This document shows, one piece after another, positions 1 to 9,275 of a stretch of 45,222 nucleotides of DNA; position 1 is the stretch's first letter, and the number at the start of each line of letters is the position of its first letter. The stretch covers positions 776,440 through 821,661 of the forward strand of contig CP060227.1 in NCBI GenBank assembly GCA_023898525.1. Reading direction: 5' to 3'. This DNA comes from Candidatus Nomurabacteria bacterium (lineage in GTDB: Bacteria; Patescibacteriota; Minisyncoccia; Phycocordibacterales; UBA918). Below the pieces are notes generated by a model. That model made no database searches. It had not been told where the DNA came from and saw only the letters and a list, made by a program, of their open reading frames with translations. Made by a program: the position numbers and the translations under genes.

Positions 1-473
1 GAGTCATTCAGCCTGAGGTGGTAAAAATTCACGACCTGATGGATGATATTTTAAGTGAGCAAATAATTGTTGCCAATGGCAAGAATATTAAAGTTAAAAA
101 AGAGTATGATGCTGATGTGTCTGAGGTTGTTACCGACAAGCAGCTCTTACGTATGATAATAACTAATATATATTCCAATGCACTACGCTATTCCCGTAGT
201 GGCGGTGTCGTATCAGTTGCTTTTCGGCGCGAGAAAGACAATTTAGTATTCTCTGTTGAGGATACCGGAATCGGTATACCGCTAGTTGATCAGCCAAGGA
301 TATTCACTAAGGTTTTTAGGGCCAGTAACGCTTCGCGTGAAGTACCAAACGGGACTGGGCTCGGATTGTATATAGTGAAAAAAGCAGTCCAGGTTTTACG
401 GGGTCGTGTTACCTTTGTTTCAACCGAAAATGTAGGGACAACTTTTACTGTAGTTATACCAATTGCTTTATAA
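1..473 (+). CDS. sensor histidine kinase, C-terminal HATPase_c domain (5' end outside window)
   Basis: The frame is open to the window edge (in frame from nt 3). N box NIYSNALRYS, G1 VEDTGIGIP, F box IFTKVFRAS, G2 GTGLGLYIVKKAV. Confidence 0.85.
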   Translation, partial: VIQPEVVKIHDLMDDILSEQIIVANGKNIKVKKEYDADVSEVVTDKQLLRMIITNIYSNALRYSRSGGVVSVAFRREKDNLVFSVEDTGIGIPLVDQPRIFTKVFRASNASREVPNGTGLGLYIVKKAVQVLRGRVTFVSTENVGTTFTVVIPIAL

Positions 474-494
474 AGAGTAGATGGTAATAGAACC

Positions 495-890
495 TCAGTC
501 CGAAGTATTATCTTGATTGGTGTTCAGTTTTCTCTCGATATTAGAAACGATGTCTTTAATACCGCACCTCGACTTATGGATGATATCTTCTTCAGCGATA
601 TTTAATTCTGGCGCGGACTCGGAAGAGAAATCAGAGGCGGTCAAAAAGAGTACCTTAGCTGTTTGGCCCCAAGTATCAGTCAATAATTTTTTTAGTAATT
701 CTACACCATCCATATCTGGTAGTCGCAAATCAAGTAGTATCAAATCTGGTTTTTGGTGCAAAGCTGCCTCCAACCCCTCTTTGCCTGTTAAGGTTTTTAG
801 GGTTCTATATCCTTTTAGGGTCAATATGTCTTCCAGAGAGTCGGCTAGATCAATTAAGTCTTCTATAATTAAAATAGTTTTTGGTACCAT
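495..890 (-). CDS. stand-alone response regulator receiver (CheY-like REC) protein
   Basis: ILIIEDL...DLILLDLRLPDMDG...LFLTAS receiver motifs. I chose the ATG at 890 (MVPKTILIIED) within ORF 495..929. No output domain. Confidence 0.8.
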   Translation of the reverse strand: MVPKTILIIEDLIDLADSLEDILTLKGYRTLKTLTGKEGLEAALHQKPDLILLDLRLPDMDGVELLKKLLTDTWGQTAKVLFLTASDFSSESAPELNIAEEDIIHKSRCGIKDIVSNIERKLNTNQDNTSD

Positions 891-1031
891 ACTTAAATAA
901 GTATACATTAATATGGGTGACGGGTACAATTAAGTGATTTTTTGCAAATAGGATAGTTCCAAAAACAAACTATATTTTGAGGTGGGTATAGACATTTACC
1001 ATTATTCCAAATCAGAGTAAAATAGTGCGAT

Positions 1032-1658
1032 ATGAATAAAAAAACATTAGTGTATACGTTGGTAGTATTGGTAGCTGTGCTTTTGGTCGGTTACTTTTTT
1101 GTAAAGCCTATGTTGCAGGATCGTACAATAGTAACTGATACTATGCAGAGGATTGATAACAAAGATTTAGATTTTTCATTCGCTTTTCCAAGTGGTGAAG
1201 GAGCACTGACTTCAATTGAGTCAACACCGGAACAACTAGCTGGTACTCCATTACAACATATGTACGTCTTAATGGAAAACAAGGCTTATCTAGAATTTCA
1301 ATCGGCTCCGTCTGGTCAGATGAAGACTCCGCCAGCCATCAGTGTGTTGGTGTTTAATGAGACAGAAGAAGATCAAACCGCTGCTACTGGAGCCCCCACT
1401 GCTTATGACAAGATTCGACTTTGGGCCAATAAGAACGATGGCTACACTAATATTAGTTCAGCTAGAGATGGTGTTGAGGAGCTAAAGATTGATGGTGTAC
1501 CATCTGTTAGGTATGCAAACCAAGGCCTATACAAGCAGAATGTTTCAATTGCTCGCACTGGTGGCAGGTTTTATTTGATTGTTGGTCAGTACGAAACCGA
1601 GGGTGATTATCTCAGTACAGTTTACCAAGATTTGATAGACTCAATCATCTTTGAATAA
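1032..1658 (+). CDS. hypothetical membrane-anchored/secreted protein
   Basis: 208-aa ORF with an N-terminal hydrophobic helix (LVYTLVVLVAVLLVGYFFV). No recognisable motif. Confidence 0.55.
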   Translation: MNKKTLVYTLVVLVAVLLVGYFFVKPMLQDRTIVTDTMQRIDNKDLDFSFAFPSGEGALTSIESTPEQLAGTPLQHMYVLMENKAYLEFQSAPSGQMKTPPAISVLVFNETEEDQTAATGAPTAYDKIRLWANKNDGYTNISSARDGVEELKIDGVPSVRYANQGLYKQNVSIARTGGRFYLIVGQYETEGDYLSTVYQDLIDSIIFE

Positions 1659-1683
1659 TTAAATTACGTAGAATATAAAACCG

Positions 1684-1720
1684 AAAACACACCCTAACTA
1701 ATTGGTTTAGGGTGTGTTTT
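1684..1720. terminator. bidirectional intrinsic terminator hairpin between convergent genes
   Basis: AAAACACACCCTAA / TTAGGGTGTGTTTT, a 14-bp perfect stem flanked by A and T runs. Confidence 0.75.
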
Positions 1721-2471
1721 AATCTGTTCTTGCGTTTAGTAGTAGACTAAGATCGGTTGTGTTTACTTTGCCGTCTTGGTTAAAGTCAAATTGCGAATTG
1801 TGGCCAAGAAACTTAGACATAAAAATACTGATGTCAGCGAGTCCAATTTTGCCATCATCATTTAGGTCATAATTTGGTGTTTCTTCAAGAATTGTAACTA
1901 GGCTGTTTTTGTCTTCTTCTTTTCTGTCAGAGCCTAGGCTTAGGTTTTTTGACTGGGTTTCTAGTGAAATGTCGGTAAACAGGGCATCGATCGTCGGAGC
2001 TAGCTTAAGCTCAGAGCCAAAACCATCATGGGCCAAAACCATGGCGTTAACTATTTTTACTTCGGCTTGGCCAATATTAATCGGGACAAAAGTAATGGTG
2101 AGTAGAGTGTCTTTACCGATAAAGCCACCGGGCTTGGTGGTGCCACCAGCGAAGTTGATTGTTCCATCACCATTTTCATACCAAGGTTTCGTAACCCATA
2201 AGTCAGCAATAGATGTATTGTAATCTATAGAAGCCACCTCTAGTACTTCATTATTGAATTCAATTAATCCACTGTATGCGTTGGCGTTGGTACTGCTCTC
2301 AACTACTACTTGCACCGAAAAAGGTTTGTCAATTACTGAGACAGCTTTATTGGGTTCAAGTGCTATTGATGCTACTGGCTGGTCTGTTGTTGTAACAACG
2401 GCTGTCCAGACACCAATTAACCCGAGAATTGCAGCTCCTACTAGAAGTTGAGCAAGATTTGTAGATATCAT
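1719..2471 (-). CDS. cohesin-like domain protein with C-terminal type-I dockerin-like repeats
   Basis: N-terminal TM/signal, then a cohesin-like beta-sandwich segment (FSVQVVVESSTNANAYSGLIEFNNEVLEV...GKDTLLTITF). Two EF-hand-like dockerin repeats follow: DLNDDGKIGLADISIF and DFNQDGKVNTTDLSLL. Confidence 0.7.
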   Translation of the reverse strand: MISTNLAQLLVGAAILGLIGVWTAVVTTTDQPVASIALEPNKAVSVIDKPFSVQVVVESSTNANAYSGLIEFNNEVLEVASIDYNTSIADLWVTKPWYENGDGTINFAGGTTKPGGFIGKDTLLTITFVPINIGQAEVKIVNAMVLAHDGFGSELKLAPTIDALFTDISLETQSKNLSLGSDRKEEDKNSLVTILEETPNYDLNDDGKIGLADISIFMSKFLGHNSQFDFNQDGKVNTTDLSLLLNARTD

Positions 2472-2561
2472 ATCATTTAGTATTTAGATAAAATTAATTC
2501 TAAATTACATGGTACTTTGTTTGTTGAAGATTAACAACTCTATTATGCAGGTGATATACAT

Positions 2562-2855
2562 GTGCTATTATTCCTATATATGTTTTTCTTTAGCAGTAAA
2601 CCAAAAAGAGTAACGAAGGAGGAGTGGGAGAAGATAAGAATTAACCTTTACGGAAAATTAGACGAAAGAGAGCGAAATGAATTAGAAAAATTTTTCCGGG
2701 CCGACTTATACGAAGAAGGAAGAGAGTCCGGCATCACCAGAGCCGAGTTTGAGGCGGGGATGGCGTGGCTCCGGGCCAACCCGCGTAAGCATGAGTTTGA
2801 GGAAAATGATTTGGAGCAAATCGAGAAGTACTTTGAGGAACACCTTAAAGATTAA
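2562..2855 (+). CDS. small hypothetical protein (likely ATG start at 2580)
   Basis: 97-aa ORF, charged and helical (EEWEKIRINLYGKLDERERNELEKFF). No known motif. Confidence 0.45.
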   Translation: MLLFLYMFFFSSKPKRVTKEEWEKIRINLYGKLDERERNELEKFFRADLYEEGRESGITRAEFEAGMAWLRANPRKHEFEENDLEQIEKYFEEHLKD

Positions 2856-2951
2856 TTAATATTTTAAGGGTAAATATTAAATCTGTGCCGACTTACCGGG
2901 TTTGATAAGAGATTTGAATATTCCTTGTACTAGGAGTATGGTTGTAAGTAT

Positions 2952-5177
2952 ATGCTTAAGAATAAATACTTCTGGGGACTGGTTTTAATATTAATAATAG
3001 TTGGTTCTATTTTCTTCTGTATCGGTGGTAAGACTTTGCCGAGCAAGATGGTGGAAGGTGAGATTACTCTCTACCAAGTAGCTTTCAGTGGCGAGGTGGC
3101 GGACAGAGCTTACATAGATGTTCCGTTTAGGGTGGCGAGTGAAGCGGTGCGACACCTAAATATCGGTATTGATTTTAACGGTGATGGAGTGATTACTCCA
3201 TCTGATGATAATAGTAATGAGTGGGTAGTAAGAAACGTTGTACCAATAATATCAGCTGGTGAACATTTGCGCTTCCTGATTGAGCTTAAAGGAAATGAGA
3301 TTAAGGAGAGTGACAAAACTGAAGTGGTCTTTTTCTACTCCAAGGCACCGCTGCCTGCGGCAGCGGTGCAGTACGGAGAATCTGACATTAAGTTTACCTC
3401 TGAACGGGCTCGTATTACCTCAGTTCAAGTAGACAATATGCAAACTTCCTTATATGTAGACGAGGAGAATAACAAGCGTACCGGCCCTTCGGTTATCGAC
3501 GCAAACGAGAAAGTTGTGGCAGATGATTTTTCACTAATAAATACAGCGAACTCTCAGACTGATCGCCCAGACTACTACAATGCCAGTCACGATGGGGTGC
3601 CGGACCAAGATCAAGAGTACAACGAATGTAGCCCAACTTCAGTCGCCAATTCCTTTACTTGGTTGGCTAAAGAATATGGTTTTGAGGACCTAATGCCGGA
3701 AGATATTGGTAGTACGATTGATGAACTCAAGGCTGACTTAGATTGGGACAGTGGGACTAATGATGAAGATATTATTCCAGGCAAGCAGATGTTTGTTGAT
3801 AGGCACAATTTGCCGATTGAAGTACATCAAATAGGTTTGCAAAACGATCAGGATATTCATTATCAGATTTACGAAGAGTTAAAGAAAGGCCAAGCGGTAG
3901 AAGTGTCGCTACAGTTCTACAAGCGTGATGAAAATGGTAACAAGAAAAAAGCGGGCGGACATATGGTAACTGTCACTGGTGTGTCTGGTGGTCCTGATTT
4001 TAAAGGAATTCGTTTCAATGATCCGGCGACCGAACATGCCGAGTCTGGAAGTGGTGAGTTGTATGAGCTTAAAGGTAACAAGTTAAAAGGATTTTGGACT
4101 GATAAAGAAGTAGAGATTGAGTACGCTTATGCCCAGTCACCAATTACCAGTGTAACTGACGGTACTTGGGTAATGCCAAGCGGCAAGGCTTTCTTGGTGG
4201 GGCAGGATCATGTCTTGAATGCTGGTGGGGACGTAGTAGCTAAAGGTATTTCACGCTTTGGATTTTTTAACAGCTTTATTGATCACCCCGGTGATCATTA
4301 TGTGGGAGATCGCTTTACAGTGGTGGCTACAGTGGTCATGCGAAATGGTGAGCGGCAGTATATGTTTTATACTGATGAGGATGGTAAAAGTCAGGCCTAC
4401 TGGCACGCAGCAAAAGGTCCGTGGACTTTAGATGGAGTCATAACTGGCGGTGGACCAATCTCTCCGGGTCGCCTGGTAGGGCGTCCGACTGTAACAACAG
4501 TAAATGGTGATCGTTATCGACTGGAGCAGACTTATCAGTGTGTTGAGCCAGGCTTGGCCAAGGTTACCTACGAAGCCAATGTGACTTGGACGGTAGAGGA
4601 TTCCGGTCAGCTTCCACCGGACATGGCGAAAAGGTACGAAGATCAATTGAAACCAGAAGCAACCTTCAAGATTAATTCACCGATTTTCCAATGTCTAACT
4701 CAAGACGTAGGCTTAATAGATGAACCGACAGGTCTTTCTTTACCAGAGCCTAAGCCAGTCTGCGAAGGGGTTGAAGAAAATCCGGAAGGTAAAGAAATAG
4801 AGGTCTTAAAGCTTGGTAAGGAGTGTTATCCAAAAGTGCAGTTTCATGTAGGGGGAGCAATGGATCCCTGTCAGGCTGAACATTGGCACGCCGGTGGCAA
4901 AGTATTTTCACTCTTAGGTACCGAGACAGAGGACCCCAACCCGAATGCTTGTGGCTTTGGAAAGTTAAGTGAAGTTAAAGTCGAGAAGATCAAAATTAGT
5001 CCTGACACCGCCGCTAAATTTCTTGGTGGTGTCCTAGATGATGCTCACAGTTCTCATGATGAAGGCGAAGTGGAATACACTGACTTTAATTATAACGGGT
5101 ATAGTGATGGGTTTGATTATAAGGTAAACGGCAATATCGAGTACGGAGGGTACGATGTAGAAGTTAAGGGGAATTAA
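2952..5177 (+). CDS. large secreted protein with possible papain/C39-like cysteine peptidase core
   Basis: 741 aa with an N-terminal TM helix. The motif NECSPTSVANSFTWLAK (Cys226, nt 3627-3629) is followed by GGHMVTVTGV (His337, nt 3960-3962). The Cys...His order fits a papain-like fold. Confidence 0.6.
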   Translation: MLKNKYFWGLVLILIIVGSIFFCIGGKTLPSKMVEGEITLYQVAFSGEVADRAYIDVPFRVASEAVRHLNIGIDFNGDGVITPSDDNSNEWVVRNVVPIISAGEHLRFLIELKGNEIKESDKTEVVFFYSKAPLPAAAVQYGESDIKFTSERARITSVQVDNMQTSLYVDEENNKRTGPSVIDANEKVVADDFSLINTANSQTDRPDYYNASHDGVPDQDQEYNECSPTSVANSFTWLAKEYGFEDLMPEDIGSTIDELKADLDWDSGTNDEDIIPGKQMFVDRHNLPIEVHQIGLQNDQDIHYQIYEELKKGQAVEVSLQFYKRDENGNKKKAGGHMVTVTGVSGGPDFKGIRFNDPATEHAESGSGELYELKGNKLKGFWTDKEVEIEYAYAQSPITSVTDGTWVMPSGKAFLVGQDHVLNAGGDVVAKGISRFGFFNSFIDHPGDHYVGDRFTVVATVVMRNGERQYMFYTDEDGKSQAYWHAAKGPWTLDGVITGGGPISPGRLVGRPTVTTVNGDRYRLEQTYQCVEPGLAKVTYEANVTWTVEDSGQLPPDMAKRYEDQLKPEATFKINSPIFQCLTQDVGLIDEPTGLSLPEPKPVCEGVEENPEGKEIEVLKLGKECYPKVQFHVGGAMDPCQAEHWHAGGKVFSLLGTETEDPNPNACGFGKLSEVKVEKIKISPDTAAKFLGGVLDDAHSSHDEGEVEYTDFNYNGYSDGFDYKVNGNIEYGGYDVEVKGN

Positions 5178-5201
5178 TTGACTAAAATTTTAACGACTGG
5201 C

Positions 5202-6080
5202 TTATCCAAGTAAAGCAAGGGATAGTATGGATAGCGTGATGGCGATAGCTTTTTGGAGATTCCAATGCTCGTTGTAGAAAATTATCGAAAGTATAATTGG
5301 TATCAGTATATATAAAGAATGAATGGTTTGGACAATTCCTAAGGTGCCGCCTTTAGTATATGCGTATAAAACTAAGTAAAAAGCCAAACTAATAAAGATG
5401 GAGCGTAGTGAAGAGTGTAATATTAGTTTGAAATTAGAATCTGTTTTTATATGATTAAAAGTAGGTCTAAATCCCTGTTTAAAGATTATTGTAATTAAGG
5501 TCCCTATAAATACACCTACTGAAGAGTAAAAAAGTGCGACTAGAACTTGGATTCCGGAATCTATAACGAATTTACCCACGGCAGCAGCTAGGGCGGAAAC
5601 TAAGGCGGTAAGGAGCACGAAAATTAGTCCAGCCTTCAAATTATTTTGCCGGCCGTTTTCGGCTTTGGTAATTAGCATAAGAGGCACGGTTAGTCCCAAG
5701 ACCATTCCAAGCCACTCAGTTGAAGTGAAGCTTTCATTAAACCAAATAATGCCAAATATAATAGCTAATCCTGGAGAAAGTAATTTAAAAAGAGGGAAGA
5801 ATATAGTGGAATCGACATGACGAAGAGCATACACTTTCATAATTCCTCCCAAAGAAGCAATTATTCCACCGATCGTCATCATTAAAGTAAAAAAATTAAT
5901 TTGCCATATTGAATAATTTAGTATCAAGGCAATGGGTATGATGAGTATTGAAGATGATAGTCCGCCATAAAGTATGAAAACTTCAGCATTGTATCCACGA
6001 CTTGCCGCTATTTTAAAGTAGAAATTACTGACTCCGGCCAGTACCGCAGCCAGTACTGCTGCTATAAACCAAATTTCCAT
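5202..6080 (-). CDS. EamA/DMT-family transporter
   Basis: 292 aa with about 10 hydrophobic helices arranged as two 5-TM halves, typical of the DMT superfamily. Confidence 0.7.
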   Translation of the reverse strand: MEIWFIAAVLAAVLAGVSNFYFKIAASRGYNAEVFILYGGLSSSILIIPIALILNYSIWQINFFTLMMTIGGIIASLGGIMKVYALRHVDSTIFFPLFKLLSPGLAIIFGIIWFNESFTSTEWLGMVLGLTVPLMLITKAENGRQNNLKAGLIFVLLTALVSALAAAVGKFVIDSGIQVLVALFYSSVGVFIGTLITIIFKQGFRPTFNHIKTDSNFKLILHSSLRSIFISLAFYLVLYAYTKGGTLGIVQTIHSLYILIPIILSIIFYNEHWNLQKAIAITLSILSLALLG

Positions 6081-6138
6081 CGAGTAAGTATAGCAGCCGT
6101 ATTATGATAAGTTAATAAGGTTTACTTATTTAAAAAAC

Positions 6139-6163
6139 ACCCGTCACTTAAATAGTGACGGGT
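6139..6163 (-). terminator. intrinsic terminator after the 6193..6738 gene
   Basis: ACCCGTCACT/AGTGACGGGT 10-bp stem, followed on the minus strand by a T run. Confidence 0.7.
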
Positions 6164-6192
6164 TAATGAATTTTTCTTATCATAATTTAAGC

Positions 6193-6738
6193 TCAAAAAC
6201 GAATACTAACTTTAACACTACCTTTTACCAGATCTGGATCAGCGAGACGAGCGGTTACTTGACTGGTGAGGCGTAAGACCGGATTAATTCTCATACCAAA
6301 ACCAAATGAACCATATTCATCGTTATTAGCTCGTCTAAGATTGCCGTGTAAGCTAAACAAGCTATTAAGTGGATATTGGTAAGAGACTGTTTTAGTCATA
6401 AAATCACTATTATTAGTATAGCGCCCCGTTAAGTTTATGTTCTGTCTTAAGTTGCCATACCTAAAATTCATCATGACTCTAGAATTATCGATAAATTCAT
6501 CTGTGTCATCAAACCAATTAAAAATTGTTTGATTTGTTACGTTGCCGGATACAGCTAACGGAAACCTTGTCCGGCTTTGACCCAGATCAGGAAGTGTCAA
6601 ATTCTCGTTATTTTCTAGTATAGTAAGTGAAGCGTTACTGTTGCCGATGTCTCTCGGCTCTGTTTTTGCTACAACGTTTTGTGTGCCATATATGAACAAA
6701 AATATTACATGAACACAGATAAATATACGTTTATACAT
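6193..6738 (-). CDS. small signal-peptide protein with outer-membrane beta-barrel-like features
   Basis: Start taken at MYKRIFICVHVIFLFIYG (signal-like). Alternating hydrophobic/polar strands, aromatic girdle residues, and a C-terminal ...GSVKVSIRF ending in Phe. Confidence 0.55.
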   Translation of the reverse strand: MYKRIFICVHVIFLFIYGTQNVVAKTEPRDIGNSNASLTILENNENLTLPDLGQSRTRFPLAVSGNVTNQTIFNWFDDTDEFIDNSRVMMNFRYGNLRQNINLTGRYTNNSDFMTKTVSYQYPLNSLFSLHGNLRRANNDEYGSFGFGMRINPVLRLTSQVTARLADPDLVKGSVKVSIRF

Positions 6739-6993
6739 TGGTTTATCCTGAAAGAACAAGAAATAACTAAACCCCATCTGATAAGCTGTCATAAAGCATT
6801 TAACTTTAAAACTAAAGCCAAATTAGTATTTAGACACTATCATTAGAGTGGTTCATCTAGTTGACGTGATAATCCGGTGTTTCTTACATTCTCCGCCCAT
6901 AAAACTCCCAGAATGGTTTAAGTGCTGTATTGTTTAACAGCTTAATTCAATTAAGGTGTCCCATGCGGGTGGTAAAAATGGTGCTATACTCTG

Positions 6994-7476
6994 ATGATGG
7001 AATATCTGCCAAACCTTAGCGTCGTTGTGCTATTTCAACTTATTTTCTTTATCGTTCACGCGGCGGTGGCTAAGGAAAAAGCTAACATTTTCAAATATTT
7101 ATCTATTGGTATTTTGCTCGGATTGCCGTTTGGCATTGCTTTTGATTTCATTTTCGGCAAGTCAATTGGTGTGTTTGATTATGGGGCCGGTTTTGTGCTT
7201 TGGTTTTTGTTTGTAAATGGGTTTCTGTCGTACGGAATTATGATGGCTAATGTATTGTTGCTAAAACACTACTCACTGCTTCAGGTGTATCTCTGGTCCA
7301 TTGCTCTTGGTTTCACTTATGAAGTTGTAAATTGGAAATTTCCGGTGTGGGAATGGACTTTTTCTTCCGAAACTATCGAATACTTGGTCGTGATTTTTGC
7401 CGCTTACGCCGGACTGACTTGGCTGATGATGGGTTGGCTGAGATTGGTGAGGGGTATTAAGTTTAAATTATTCTAG
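6994..7476 (+). CDS. hypothetical integral membrane protein
   Basis: 160 aa with 5-6 hydrophobic helices. No motif recognised. Confidence 0.5.
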   Translation: MMEYLPNLSVVVLFQLIFFIVHAAVAKEKANIFKYLSIGILLGLPFGIAFDFIFGKSIGVFDYGAGFVLWFLFVNGFLSYGIMMANVLLLKHYSLLQVYLWSIALGFTYEVVNWKFPVWEWTFSSETIEYLVVIFAAYAGLTWLMMGWLRLVRGIKFKLF

Positions 7477-8641
7477 TTTTATTTTCCAAACCTCGCCAGA
7501 AGAAGTAAATAGCAATAAAGAAGACCGCTTGTAACAAAATGATTGTGTTCAAAAGGCCAATCTTATCAGCGATTAATCCAGTTAGGTAAGCGATGATAAC
7601 GTAGATAATGCTACCACCTAGTCCGACCAAACTCCCCATGGTTGCCCGCTGTTCCTTAGTATATTTAGCTTGTAGCAGATCCTCGGTAGCAATTTCACGT
7701 ACTCCATAGCTAATACTGGTAATTATATCCATAAAGAAGGCGGCTATAGGCGTATAAATAACAGCTAACACCGAAACTGATATTTTTTCAAAAATATTTA
7801 AATGCACCAGTGATTTTTTAATACCAATTTTCTCTACTATGAAATGGTTAGCATGCATAATTAATCCGGTGATAAAGCTACCAAAAGTTATGATTAGACT
7901 TACTAGCCAATCAGGCATAAGGGAAGAAAAGAAAAGAGAGCGAAAGCGGTATTCTGCGTTACCTACTCCCCGGGAAAACATTTTTCCTAAGCTCAAGTCT
8001 CTGAGCGAAGTGTTACTTTTAAATTCTTTTAATGCAGTCTTTAGATTGTAGTAAATATTACTTTTGTTTGGCTTGAATTTTTTAAGATCGGTCAATAATA
8101 ATGATAAGACTAAACCGATAAACATAATAACTGCGGCGGCTAACAAAGTGGCACGAATATCGTAAAAATAAATAATAAGAGTACCAATAAGACCGGCTAC
8201 TACTAAAGAATACATACCTTGAGCTCGACGTTTACCTTCAAACTTTTTATATAAATTTGTCTTTCCAGACACTTCTAGATTTTCATAGACAAAAGCTGAA
8301 ATAGTACCACTACCGAGTGAAATGGATAATCCTACCAGAATAGCACCGAGTACTAGGTAGATAGTGGAGTCAGCAAGAGAGTAGAGTAGTACAGCTAAGA
8401 AGTTGGTCAGCATATAGAGAATTATGGTCTTTTTGCGTCCGATATGATCCGAGAGTATTCCGGTCGGTACTTCCATAAGGCTACTGGTAGCATGCATGAT
8501 AGCGAACACGGTCATGCCTGTAGCATAGGAGTTTGTAATAGTGACAAAGAAAATGACTAATACTCCCTCAAAAGTTCTAAAGCTATACAAGAAAGCTAGA
8601 ATATTTAAAAGTTTTAGATTTTTCTCAGCTTGCAATAACAT
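7463..8641 (-). CDS. MFS transporter
   Basis: About 12 TM helices and an MFS motif-A-like GILSDHIGRKKTII. ATG at 8641 is preferred over the TTG at 8647. Confidence 0.75.
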   Translation of the reverse strand: MLLQAEKNLKLLNILAFLYSFRTFEGVLVIFFVTITNSYATGMTVFAIMHATSSLMEVPTGILSDHIGRKKTIILYMLTNFLAVLLYSLADSTIYLVLGAILVGLSISLGSGTISAFVYENLEVSGKTNLYKKFEGKRRAQGMYSLVVAGLIGTLIIYFYDIRATLLAAAVIMFIGLVLSLLLTDLKKFKPNKSNIYYNLKTALKEFKSNTSLRDLSLGKMFSRGVGNAEYRFRSLFFSSLMPDWLVSLIITFGSFITGLIMHANHFIVEKIGIKKSLVHLNIFEKISVSVLAVIYTPIAAFFMDIITSISYGVREIATEDLLQAKYTKEQRATMGSLVGLGGSIIYVIIAYLTGLIADKIGLLNTIILLQAVFFIAIYFFWRGLENKTRII

Positions 8642-8699
8642 ATCCAAGGTCTGATTGTAGCATCTTTTGAAGAAAGTTTAATTTTTTAACAAAAAAGAA

Positions 8700-8720
8700 C
8701 CCTCGTCGTAAAGACGAGGG
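8700..8720 (-). terminator. intrinsic terminator on the minus strand, upstream of the MFS gene
   Basis: CCCTCGTC gtaaa GACGAGGG stem followed on the minus strand by TTCTTTTTTGTT. It would stop a minus-strand transcript coming from 8720-9240. Confidence 0.7.
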
Positions 8721-8770
8721 TGTAACTTGAGATCTTATCAGCCAGATCTACACATTATCAGCAATATCGC

Positions 8771-8811
8771 ACAGAAAATGGGGTCACAGAAAATGGGGTC
8801 AGCCACCATTT
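8771..8811 (-). repeat. tandem 15-nt repeat plus 22-nt core repeat (copy 1 of 3 loci)
   Basis: ACAGAAAATGGGGTC occurs twice (8771-8785, 8786-8800). The reverse complement of 8790-8811 is AAATGGTGGCTGACCCCATTTT, matching 36619-36640 and 37678-37699. Confidence 0.85.
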
Positions 8812-8856
8812 ATTTTATATCTTCTTTCTATATATAAGGGAATTGAACCTCCAAGT

Positions 8857-9061
8857 TACTTAGCAGATTTTTTTACAAAGTAAAAAATCTGCTAAGTACC
8901 TGTAGGCTTTGAAACAGTGTTTAGACACTGTTTCAACAGCTGTTTTCAGTTCTAGGAAATGAACTGAAAACATGCCTGCGACCGTTTCAATTACCGCGCG
9001 AATGAAGCAGTTCATTCGCTCCCATCTACACTAAAAAACAAAAAACGCTCATTTGAGCGTT
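8857..9061. other. run of five consecutive perfect hairpins (candidate structured RNA)
   Basis: Stems: 8857-8873/8882-8898 (17 bp), 8909-8920/8925-8936 (12 bp), 8941-8952/8961-8972 (12 bp), 8998-9006/9011-9019 (9 bp, loop GCAG), 9044-9051/9054-9061 (8 bp, followed by a T run on the minus strand). Confidence 0.6.
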
Positions 9062-9070
9062 AATGTTTTA

Positions 9071-9238
9071 ATTTGTGGAGATGGGGGAATCGGTCACGAG
9101 TTACTAAGTATAATCTTTCGCTCCGCTCAGATTCTACTAAGTACTCTCGACCCCAGCTCATTTGTGGCAAAGCCACATCATTCCGCTTTTCAATTCTCGA
9201 CGCACAGTGCGCAGGCACTGTGCTCCATCTCCACAAAT
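9071..9238. repeat. 168-nt unit with 14-bp terminal inverted repeats derived from the ssrA 3' end
   Basis: ATTTGTGGAGATGG at 9071-9084 equals 9271-9284 in the gene, and its reverse complement is at 9225-9238. 9189-9201 TTCAATTCTCGAC repeats the tmRNA T-loop in inverted orientation, interrupted by the hairpin CACAGTGCGCAGGCACTGTG. Confidence 0.8.
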
Positions 9239-9245
9239 AATAAAA

Positions 9246-9260
9246 GCCCCAAAATGGGGC
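9246..9260 (-). terminator. ssrA intrinsic terminator
   Basis: GCCCC aaaat GGGGC stem, followed on the minus strand by TTTTA, 16 nt past the tmRNA 3' end. Confidence 0.6.
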
Positions 9261-9275
9261 CTTATTAATTATTTG

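Noticed and set aside
517-900. 127-aa plus-strand ORF
   Set aside because: It is antisense to the response-regulator gene, which has clear receiver motifs.
8836-8856. AAGGGAATTGAACCTCCAAG as the T-arm of a minus-strand tRNA
   Set aside because: The flanks cannot form a 5-bp T stem or any acceptor, D or anticodon arms.
9053-9268. 71-aa ORF across the ssrA-derived inverted-repeat unit
   Set aside because: It runs through hairpins and the ssrA terminator. It has no RBS, and the sequence is explained by RNA-gene-derived repeats.
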